From Lytechinus pictus (lineage: Eukaryota), in contig NC_087251.1 in NCBI RefSeq assembly GCF_037042905.1, forward strand, positions 37,450,001 to 37,514,000: DNA of 64,000 nt. Direction: 5' to 3'. The position numbers and the translations under genes were made by a program. Below, piece by piece: positions 51,801-61,552 of the stretch. Numbering within the stretch: the first letter of the stretch is position 1; each line of letters starts with the position of its first letter. A model generated the notes under the pieces. That model ran no database searches and was not told the origin of the DNA. It worked only from the letters and a program-made list of their open reading frames with translations.

Positions 51801-54800
51801 TGACCTCGTAAATTTGTGCGAGTGCGAAGCGCGAGCTTAAAAAGTGATTGATATTTTGACCTAAAATGTGGACATTCTAAGCACTTTTGGTAATCATGAA
51901 CAGGATTGGTAATTGATGGGAGCAAACATGAGTTTGGCACCCCCTCCCCTCCCTAGGTAAATTGAACCTGAATTTGATGCACCGAGACAAATATCAAATT
52001 GGCGTGTGGTGAATATCCATTCGGCACCCCCTAGGTTGAACATCAATTCGGCGCCCCTATATGTCAAACAGCAACTCGACAACCGTATATAGAAAAAAAT
52101 TATTCGGCGCCCCATCCCCAAGGTTAAACATCATTTCGGTGCCCTTCGGTGCCCCTATGTTGAACATCTATACGGCGCCCCGAGGTAAAACATTAATTCG
52201 CCCCCCCCCCCCTAGGATGAAGATCAATTTGGCACATCCTAGGTCGAACATCAATTCGGCGCCCCTAAGCAAAACATAAATTCGGCACCCGCTATATACA
52301 TACTCTAGGTTGAACATCAATTCGGCGCATCCACCCCCCCCTCCCATGTCAAACAGCAATTCGTCAACCCCTTTTCTTTCCTTCCCTTTTCTCCCTATTT
52401 TGGCGCCCCCGAATACGCGCATGGTAGAGCTACGGATATAGAGAAATAAGGACAAAGATGTAATGAAAATATAAAAACTCTTGAAATACTTTACGTTTTC
52501 TAGGCAAACAAGAATCCAAACTCCAAAGCGTATAATAACGTCCGGCTGAATAGACCTCCATTTGCATCCTGTTTGATATGCTTTCCTGTAAGTTCCATTG
52601 TGGGCAAAATAAAGGGCAAAAGTAAGTCTGCTTTCTTTGAGAGGGTGTAAATGATGATATATTCAAATACCAGCGAGTGCCATAGGTGACGGAATCATAG
52701 GCGACGGAACGTATTTTCAATTTTTTTTTTTTTTTTTTTTTTTTGGGGGGGGGGGACAAAGCGAAAAAAGGCACTTATATGCAAAAAAATTGCATTTTTT
52801 ATGCAAACTTATATTTTCACCATGAGATTATCATCTGTGTTAAGTAGTTGTGCGTTTTGTAGTAATTAAATTGAGCAAAACCTTTTTAAAGTCTTTTCTG
52901 ATTGATAAAATATCTATTTAGGCTTTATTTTTCCGGGAGCGAGCGTAGCAAGCAAGCAGTTTGAACATTTTCAAATCTGAAGTTGTGAAACTCGCCGCTT
53001 TTTGGTCAAATCGCGCAAATTATTGTTAAAAGAGCATTCTTGCGAGGTGTTAAGAGCGCAAATCGCGAGCTATAAATTCTAGACATTGCTTGTACTAACA
53101 TGACTAATAAGACATGAAAATCAAACATTCCGAGCAATTTTGTTATGAAAAAGATGTGCATCTAATTGAAGAATGGACGCGAGCGCGATATTCCAACCAG
53201 AAAACTGGACATTCTAAGCACTTTTTTAACCCAAGAACTTAATTGTGTGTCTTAATAAATAATAATTGATGCGAAGCGCGGCGAGCCGAAAATTTGTAAT
53301 ATTTCAACCTGAAAACTGGATATTCTAAGCAGTTTGAAACCAAGAACATAATGTGTACCTTTGATGCGAGCGGAAAGCGCGAGCTGAAGATTTGTGACAT
53401 TTAAACCTGAAAATTGAACATTATAAGCACAAGTTGTAACCAAAACAAAGTGAGTGCCTTCCTAAAAAATAAATGATGTGGGCGCGAAGCGCGAGCCAAA
53501 TTTTTTTGTGATTTCCAACCTAAAATGTATCGTTTGACTTCAAAAAGGGTATTTTATTTTGAAAAGGGACATTCATGTACATCATTTTGAAATAAGTGCA
53601 CTCTCCATTTAAAAAAGGCATTTTTTCCTACTGGGATTTTTTTATGTAGGGGGTTAAGTGCCCCTGCCGCCCCCCCGGTTCCGCCGCCCCTGCTGCTAAT
53701 ATAGCCTCGGGTTATAATTTTTATCTAAGTTCAAACTGGTATTAACAAAAATATGTTGGTATGACTGCATTTTATAACGATGGTTTTCTTTAAAATATAT
53801 ATTTTTTACCATTTCGATCCATCACATTTTTGCATTTTTTTGTCCGTCGATATGCCCAGCGCTGAGAGGTCATGCCAAAACGTGATTTTGCATGAAGTAC
53901 ATTCTCTGAACCATCATCGGAACTTCGGAATCACACAGAGATGGAAGACCCCTTCCCCCAAATAGTTCCGCCTAGCTGTACGTCCTCGAATATATATATA
54001 TATATTTAATAAGACATCAGAAATGCGAAACACAAATTCACGAGTAATGCAGTTTTTGCAATAAAATTTGCAATTTTATTATATATATATCACCATGATT
54101 TTATTATCCGAGCACATGCAGCGGACCGAGGAGGAGTGGGTGGAGGGAGAGGCACCTAGGAGACGTCATACTTGTTCTTGTTCAGTATACTACCATAACA
54201 AGTTGAAAAGAAAAATGCAAAGAGACACTTGGAGGGGGATCGATGTTACATGGTTATAACATACAGACCTACGCACCGGTATCATAGGCGGATCCAGGAG
54301 GCCGACGTTACGCCCCCCCCCCCCCCCCCCGATATTGGCGGCGCAAAGTAATATGAACGAAAGCAGAGGGGGGGGGCAAAATATAAGAGGAAGAATGAAT
54401 AAAAAAAGGTGAGGGGAATTCAGACTTGGGGAGGGGTGGGAGCCAATCATGTCACTACACATGTATAAAAACAATTTAGCCCGCGCTTTGTGTTCGCATT
54501 GCCTGTTCGATGGAACATCTATTCATCTATACCAATTCATTTATTGATTTATTCATTCAGTCATGGTTAAACAGGTTCACAAGTTCAGAGTTATTAGTAT
54601 ATAAAATCATAGTAACAAGTACAATGACAAGGTATAATTCATATCGAAATAGTATGAGACATAAAGAAATATTAACTGATCAATGTAATACAAAACACGG
54701 AAACATTGTTGAAGGGCTTATAGTAAAACGAACAAGGGAACTAAATAGGCCTTTACTTATTCAAATTTTTGAGCACCTTATCCGTCAGTGTGCATCTTGT

Positions 54801-57800
54801 TTAATGATCATATTGCTCAGATCAATTTTCAGGACACAATACACAGTCCGAAAATAATACCTCACGCTCGCATTTTTTATAGGGTTTAGTACTGTTACGA
54901 CTATAGATTCCAACAAAAACTAACTTTGAGCTGCCGATCGATCGGGAAAAATGTGGATGAAAATATTGTTCACCCCGGCCCCGTTATTAGTGAAAGCTGG
55001 ATCCGCCCCAGAATATATTGTTTAAAAAAAAAGGCATAGGCCACGCGGTATTTGTCATTTTTTTGTGATAAATACATTGAGGCAGTATATTGACAAATAA
55101 TCACTGGAAGAGAAAGAGCATCTTATAGGCCTATATAACGCACAAAGCAAAATAATGAAGAATGGCGGCAAAGCTAGTTCAATACAAAATGATTTCCTTT
55201 TCCTTTAAAAAAAATGTTACAACACGTTATAATAATGAACAAATCAAAATACAGAACCTGAAGAAATTGATAACAATCCAGTGAATCGGAATCGAAACAA
55301 AAGTGCGTATGTAAATATAATTATAAAATAGAAATAAAAAACGGGGAAAAAAATAAGAATAGCCCTTTCACAAGCAACCCTAATTCTCCCTCCCTTCATA
55401 CCCTGGACAAGTAAAGAAAAAATAATACAGCTAGAGAAACGAAGCAAAGATGAAAAGCAAGGAAAGGGAAGGAAGCCGTCTCTCGGTACCTGGTACTCTG
55501 CCCAGATATCAAGATGTACGTAGGACCTATTCTCCGCGATTTGAAAAACAACGTGCATAACATCACAATTATTATGATGGTCATTTAAAAAAGTTCCTTG
55601 GTTGTTTCCAAGTTATTTAATTTATCGAGGGACTGCGCGAATGCACACGCTCCTACAGGATATGAATGAAAAAGTCGCAAACAGACTCCGCCGTTCAATC
55701 CGATACTGTACTGTATAGCCGGTATACAGATCGGCACGTGAGACAAGCGCAGAGGCGATGGATATGAATATTCATGAGCAGGTATTGATGTCATTTGGTC
55801 TCAAGGTGGCGCTCTTCATTTTTTATATCAATTTCAAAATCTGCATCAAAAGAAAGCTCACTTGGCAAAATTTATCTTCTTTATATATTTTTTTGAGAAT
55901 AAAAACAGTTCTTTTGGCCAATGCAATACATTTTATGGACTCAGAACTTGTTTATGAGTATTTTGAAAAGCGAAGAGTGAAATCTAAAAGAAGGTTTTGA
56001 AATAAACCAATGTCACAATTTACCTTTAAGTAATTGCTTTAAAAAGAATGTAATTTTTGTTTCAATCATCATTTCTAGGCATTTTCTTACAATAAACATA
56101 GAATTTGGTAAAATAAGAATGAGACTTTGAAAGAAATATACTTTAACTCTACTGTTCCGCTTATTCTGCTTTAAAGGCCAAGTCCACCTCAGAAAAAAGT
56201 TGATTTGAATAAATAGAGAAAAATCTAACATAACGCTAATAATTTCATCGAAATCGAATGTAAAATAAGAAAGTTGAAACATTTTAAAGTTTCGCTTATT
56301 TTTCACAAAACAATGATATGCACATCTCAGTGACATGCAAATGAGACGGTAGATGATGTCCCTCACTCAGGGTGCTACATAACTTTTTTGAAGCACTTGC
56401 CCAGTCGGGCAAGTAAATTTTCAAATAGTTGGAAAATACTTGCCCGAATATAGATTTCACTTGCCCGAAAAAATCCTTCAAAACAAAGTTTTATTGCTTC
56501 AAAACAAGTTATAGCCTTATAGTTTTACATACCATACCATTGATGGCTTTAAAAATACATTTTTCAACATGACTACTGATGTACCTTGTAGTTCTATTTC
56601 TTTTTTTTTTTTGATGATTTCTATCTTGAACATCATGACAAAATAAATGGTAAATATGCTCTTTAATTAATTTCCTAATCTCATATATTTTCCATATATT
56701 TTGGATGGGACTAGGACACACAATAAAAAAGGGGAAATCACTGAAAATAACCAGAGGGGAAAAAATGAAGAGGGGGGGGGGAGAGAATGACAGAAAAAAA
56801 AGTAAGAAGAAAGACAGATAGGACGAAGAAATAAAGGAAGGAAGAAAGAAACAAAAATATAAAAAAATAAATAAAGAGAGAGAGAGAGAATGGCTGCGGG
56901 GAAGAGAAAGATGGAAAGAAAGAAGGGAAAGGAGGATGGAAAGAAAAAAAATAGAAAAAAAATGAGAGGAAGAGAAAGAAAGGAATGAATAAAAGGAAAA
57001 CAAGAAAGAAAAAGGGTAAACAGAAAGGAAGGAAAAGGGAAAGAAAGAAAACGAGAGAAAGGAAAGAAGGAAGAAAGAAAAGGTATAAGGATAGATGGAA
57101 GGAAGGAAAAAAAAGAAAAGAAAGATACAACGAAAGACAGAAAGAAATGAAGGAAAGAGAAGAAGGAAGGCAGAAAGAAAAAATAAGGAAGAAAAGGAAG
57201 GATGGATGAAAAAAAAAAAAAAATCAGAAAAAAAGAAGGAAAGAAAGAAAGAAGGAAGGAAAGAAAAAAAAATAGAAAAAAAACTGAGGGGAAGAGAAAG
57301 GAAGGAAAGAAAGGAACGAATAAAAAAAGAAAAAGAAAGAAAAAAGGTAAAAAGAAAGACAGGAAGAAAGAAAAGAGAACAAGAAAAGGTAAAGGATTGA
57401 TGGAAGGAAGGAAAAGAGAAAGAAAGAAAATGAGAGAAAAGAAAGAAGGAAGATAGGAAGAAAGAAAAGGTATAAGGATAGATGGAAGGAAGGAAACAAA
57501 AGAAAAGAAAGATACAACGAAAGACAGAAAGAAATGAAGGAAGGGATGAAGAAAGTAAGGAAGAAAAAAAGACAGGAAGAAAAGAAAGGATGGATGGAAA
57601 AAGACAGATCAAAAGAACGAAAGACAGAAAGAAAGGAAGGAGAAAGAAAGAATGAAAGACAAAAAGAAAGGAAGGAATGAAGGAAGAAAGAAAAAAAAAG
57701 ATAGAAAGAAAAGAATGACAAAAAGAAAGACAGCTATAGTAACAGAAAAATGAACAAAAGAAGGAAGGAAATTTAAAGAAACAAAGAGAGATTCAAATGA

Positions 57801-59399
57801 AGGAAAGATAGGCAGAAAGAAAGAAAATAGAGAGGAAGAAAGCTCAAACTATCCAGCCCTATCCAGTCATAAATAAAGAAGAAAATTTATCAATTTCCTT
57901 GGTTAAAAAAAATAGTTACGAAAGAAACCACGTTTATCAACATACACACAAATGCATATGTGGGACTGTCAAACAATGTATTTCAGTGTGTGCGATACAG
58001 ACGATCATTCGAAACCCGATCTTTTTGAAGCATAACAGAAGAGAAAATTTCTCCTTTTACTGCTTACAAATGACAGAGCTACCCCAATTTTTAGGAAATA
58101 TGAACATTATAAGAATTTTCATTGGTGAGAAAACTTCGTTCGTGCAGTACCGTACACTGTAGAAACTTAACTACATGCATCGGCTGCGTGGACTAGGCGC
58201 TAGCTAGCTAGGTACTGTATGCTAGACTGCCATTGATTCTGTGTGTGTGTGTACGTCTCTGAGCTGTGTGTTTATTGCAGAAAACGGCGCAAATTTTGCA
58301 ATTCGAATTATAAACTTTTTTGAAAGAAGAAATTAATAATATTGCTTTTTTTTTGTCTCTTTTTCTTTTCTATATTTTGATGGTGAAATATGGGGAATCT
58401 TTCTAAAATATCATTTCCATAGGAGAATTTTGCTTGCCCGATTCGGGCAAGCAGTTTTTGTCTTTGCTTCAAAACACTTGCCCGACTCTAACTTTTACTT
58501 GCCCCGGGCAATCGGGCAAGCGCTTATGTCGCACCCTGCCTCACTCACTATTTCTTTTGTCCTCTATTGTTTGAAATATACAATATTTCATTTTTAACAG
58601 ATTTGACAATAAGGACCAACTTGACTGAACCATATAGTATTAAACAATGCTACATGTAATTCCATATGTTCATGGAGGAATTAATTGTTGTTTCACTTGA
58701 CAAAGTGGAGAAAATTAGAATATTTCATATGTTATATAATAAAATACAAAAATAAATAGTGAGTGGACGATGTCATCAGTCTCCTCATTTGCATACCGAC
58801 CAGGATGTGCATAAACTGTTTTGTGAAATTCAGTAAAACTTTAAAATGTCATAACTTTCTTATTTTACATCCGATTTTGATGAAATTTTCAGTGTTATGC
58901 TTGTTGGATTTTTCTCTTTTTATTCAAATCAACTTTTTTGTTGGGGTGGACTTGTCCTTTGACTTACATTTTTTATGTCAGAAAGCTATTTACTCTGATT
59001 AGCATCATCATTTCAATTACTCCCAGAATGTTTTTTCTGTTGTTTCAATAAACCATCCTCCTTTTTTTTCATTTTATCACTATATTCATCCAGGTAACGG
59101 CAAATATGAAAGCGTCACTTGATCCCACCGAGTCGGACATGATGCCTGCCCTGGGTCTCACCTGGTCCAACATCGTCAAGGTCCGTCTTATGCTCAGTCG
59201 CACACCCTACAGGTTGCCCCCGTCAGATGCGACAGACACGAGAACTAATAGAACTTCTGTGAATGGGGAATGTAGCCACGAAAGTGAACTCAAAGCGGAG
59301 ATGCCAGTTAGACAAATTGAGATTTTATTTGCACCTCATTTACCCAAAAATGTCTGTTATTACATTGTGGATGCTGATGGGGTGAAAGGATTACAGTGA
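39783..59399 (+). CDS. XRCC3: DNA repair protein XRCC3 (RAD51 paralog), complete, 6 coding exons, 354 aa
   Basis: Exons 39783-39831, 40266-40403, 41164-41376, 43668-43813, 44717-44929, 59094-59399 join in frame (1065 nt). N-terminus MENLSVNPRIITALKRA, Walker [25 protein letters not shown], Walker B LAVVDS, VVCVNQV, PALGLTWSN and FAPHLP are XRCC3-type motifs. Confidence 0.95.
40266..40403 (+). CDS. XRCC3: XRCC3 coding exon 2
   Basis: NLRSFESVLHLSPADLGRCTKLSSRDV; cag / GTAATG. Confidence 0.92.
41164..41376 (+). CDS. XRCC3: XRCC3 coding exon 3 (Walker A)
   Basis: [41 protein letters not shown]. Confidence 0.96.
41403..41714. mobile_element. Harbinger-like MITE family E, followed by a second, interrupted copy from 41718
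   Basis: Perfect terminal inverted repeat with TAT on both sides. The second copy starts at 41718 and resumes near 42732 after an insertion that ends AGGG+TTAA. Confidence 0.82.
43668..43813 (+). CDS. XRCC3: XRCC3 coding exon 4
   Basis: [19 protein letters not shown]...DHIYVEHVAEK. Confidence 0.95.
44717..44929 (+). CDS. XRCC3: XRCC3 coding exon 5 (Walker B)
   Basis: LPLLLSRGMVKLAVVDSLAAIFRSEF...VVCVNQ. Confidence 0.96.
46822..46962. repeat. Short tandem repeat, 3 copies of ATATAGGCCTATAGTAAAACATAACGAA
   Basis: Direct reading of the sequence. Confidence 0.85.
49043..49576. mobile_element. Non-autonomous TIR element with G-run termini and 8-9-bp TSD
   Basis: TIR G-run+CACTTCCATTGACGAGTGGATACCATGCGCGACC mirrored at 49520-49576; AGTGAAGG(C) duplicated at 49035 and 49577. 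Confidence 0.85.
51409..53692 (+). repeat. Further GCGAAGC-core repeat-bearing element(s) in XRCC3 intron 5
   Basis: Start resembles 33335; GCGAGCGCGAAGCGCGAGC-like cores at 51540-51840 and 52940-53500; ends CCGCCGCCCCTG. Confidence 0.65.
51930..52410 (+). repeat. Degenerate minisatellite (AGGTTGAACATCAATTCGGCGCCCC units)
   Basis: More than ten imperfect copies of ATTCGGC(G/A)CCCC, often preceded by AGGTT(G/A)AACATC. Confidence 0.75.
56368..58538. mobile_element. Non-autonomous TIR element with 7-bp TSD (P-like, tentative)
   Basis: TIR CAGGGTGCTACATAA / TTATGTCGCACCCTG; TSD CCTCACT at 56361-67 and 58539-45; subterminal TTGCCCG/CGGGCAA repeats at both ends. Confidence 0.82.
56740..57842 (+). 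repeat. ~1.1-kb polypurine (GA-rich) low-complexity tract with an internal duplication
   Basis: Almost only A/G; block GAAAAGGTATAAGGATAGATGGAAGGAAGG...GATACAACGAAAGACAG occurs near 57075 and 57465. Confidence 0.9.
59094..59399 (+). CDS. XRCC3: XRCC3 coding exon 6 (terminal)
   Basis: VTANM...PALGLTWSNIVKVRLMLSR...FAPHLPKNVCYYIVDADGVKGLQ*. Confidence 0.93.
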   Translation, partial: VTANMKASLDPTESDMMPALGLTWSNIVKVRLMLSRTPYRLPPSDATDTRTNRTSVNGECSHESELKAEMPVRQIEILFAPHLPKNVCYYIVDADGVKGLQ

Positions 59400-61257
59400 A
59401 GATCAGAGATGTCTTATTAGATCTGATGAACAGACAGTTTGAGGGAAAGGATTTCAGTGATTCATGAGGAGGACGATTATCTTTGGAAATCTGTTGCATA
59501 AACAGTCATTGGGAAAGGCTGACATTGAGCTGTTGGAGATGAAAATTTTCTTCATAAATCTGATGAAGGGACAGTCTTTAGGAAAGGTTTACAAGTGAAC
59601 TATTGAGAAGGAAAAGGATCTTCTTAAATCCGATGAACAGACAATCTTAAGTAATGGTCACCACACGTTATACGTGTCAGGGAATAATTCTGCTTCATTT
59701 GATTAGTATTTTAGGTCATAAGAGAAAAGCTCTCAACTAATTTCTATACAGACCTATATAGAAATCTGCTACATAAAATACTTTTTTTTGTATAGCAATA
59801 GCAGTCTTTCAAAAATGTTGAGCGAATTGCGATGTGATACCAGGAAGGTTGTTCCCTTCATGTCTTTGCACGCAGGGGAATTGCAGCCTGCAGTTGACTC
59901 TGACCATATTTCTGTGATTCCCACACCTTATGCTGTCTTGGTCACATCCAGCTGCACACCTTGGTCCTGGGTCTCTTCATAACATGGACCATTTGGGATT
60001 TGAGAAATTTTATGTTGAACATAGGATTTTCTGCAAAATTCAATGCAGATCACACACACTGAGTTTCAAAAAGGGTTGTGACCAAACCACTGGGGAAATC
60101 GGTGATCCATTGATATGTAAAATGATTTTCTTAGATGATGCTATAGGGATAAGTTATTCCTAAATGAACAAAAAGAAAACTCACACACAAAACAGAATCT
60201 CTATTGATTATTGTCCTAGCATTATTTACTTGATCATGTTCATTTGTGGTGCCTTTATTGAACCTGCTGAATCATAATTCTAGGTGTTGAACTGAACTTA
60301 TCTCTACACTTATGTCAGCATGTAACTTAACGGTGTAAGAAGCGTAATAATATGCATACTCTTATGGATATTATTTATTTGATATTGAAAGGCTTGAACA
60401 AAGGCAGAATCGTGCAACCTGTGTCATGACATAAGCCATGTTGTATGATTATGCGTCTTCTTTCTTCCAAGAACTTCATACTGGTTTCTAGTCCAAAGTG
60501 ATGTATAAGTGTAGATAAAGGAAACTTTTTTTTTAATATTTGGTGAACTATGACATGGTGTGTGATGATATGTGCCAAAGAATTTGCTTTATTTGGGGGC
60601 AATGTCATGATAGGTAGTACTGCCAGGACAAAATAAGTTTAAGAACATATTGCAGTGTGAAGATTGATTTGTGGATTGTTTCTAATGCACAAGTATAACT
60701 TCAAAACATACTGAGTAAAATTTAAAAAGATGTTTAAAGTGAAGACTGTGGACTCCTCAAGTTTTGTAGCATGGCGTATTCTATAGCGTATGCACTTGGA
60801 TTGATCCCATGATTCCTTATACAGAATGCATGTGTTGTAAAATGTGCAATACTTGCACTAGTTGTCGTTGTTTGACCTTGCATTAGTGCAGTTTAAGGCA
60901 AATTGATTTCCCATGAAACCTTTAAAATTTAATAACTTTGTCATTTTAATTCATTTTGATGAAGTTATTCTAACTGTCCTCTCTTCTTATTAGACATTTT
61001 AATTCCAGGGAATTCATTCATCATCTCAAAAATCAATAATTGAATAAGTGAATTATGCAATAGTAGAAACTAGGATTGTTAATTGCTCTTTTAAAGGTTT
61101 GAGTATCTCAAAGCTTTAATATCAAACCTTTAATGATAATCACAGGGCTTTTGGAATAAAAAAATTAAACCTGAACACTTGGTTATGACTTTCAATTTCA
61201 TAATGGTATCCAAATTCTTCGTCATCATCATCATCGGTCTTCTACATTTGACACTTT

Positions 61258-61552
61258 GGGAGCATTTCATGAACATTTTGTCAGTTATTTTTTGCTGACT
61301 GATGTTATAAGCTACTGGAAATCCTCAAATCTGATTAGCTGAGAGCAAATAAGTAAGTGAAAATCACTGACAAAACTCTTCATGAAATGCTCCCCTGATG
61401 ACCAGGGGCCCATTTCATAAAACTTGTTACAATAACAAATTTTGAAATAATAGTTTTGAGCTACTGAAATCATTCGATTTGATTGTCTGATCATGAAAAT
61501 GTCGTAGAAATAAAGCATTTGTTATAATAACAAGGCTTAATGAAATGGACCC
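61258..61552. mobile_element. Two adjacent short MITEs (GGGAGCATTTCATGAA..TTCATGAAATGCTCCCC and GGGCCCATTTCAT..ATGAAATGGACCC)
   Basis: Inverted termini; the first resembles the element at ~14357-14458. Confidence 0.6.

Larger units (their letters stand above)
45636..56025. mobile_element. Putative 10.4-kb Kolobok-like element with nested insertions, filling most of XRCC3 intron 5
   Basis: TTAA on both sides; left end AGGTATAGTGTATGATTGGTTGATCTC vs reverse complement of right end AGGTAAATTGTGACATTGGTTTATTTC (20/27 identical); no transposase recognised. Confidence 0.5.
56175..58958. mobile_element. Family A MITE interrupted by a TIR element
   Basis: TTAA+AGGCCAAGTCCACC start and GGGGTGGACTTGTCCT end (right TSD reads TTGA); broken after GATGTCCCTCACT. 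Confidence 0.85.

Noticed and set aside
51930..52410. Repeat-spacer-like pattern suggesting a CRISPR array
   Set aside because: Units are degenerate, spacing is irregular, spacers resemble each other, there are no cas genes, and the context is a eukaryotic intron.
56509..57721. 367-aa Phe/Ser/Leu-rich ORF and Lys/Arg/Glu-rich ORFs
   Set aside because: Artefacts of the GA/TC low-complexity tract.
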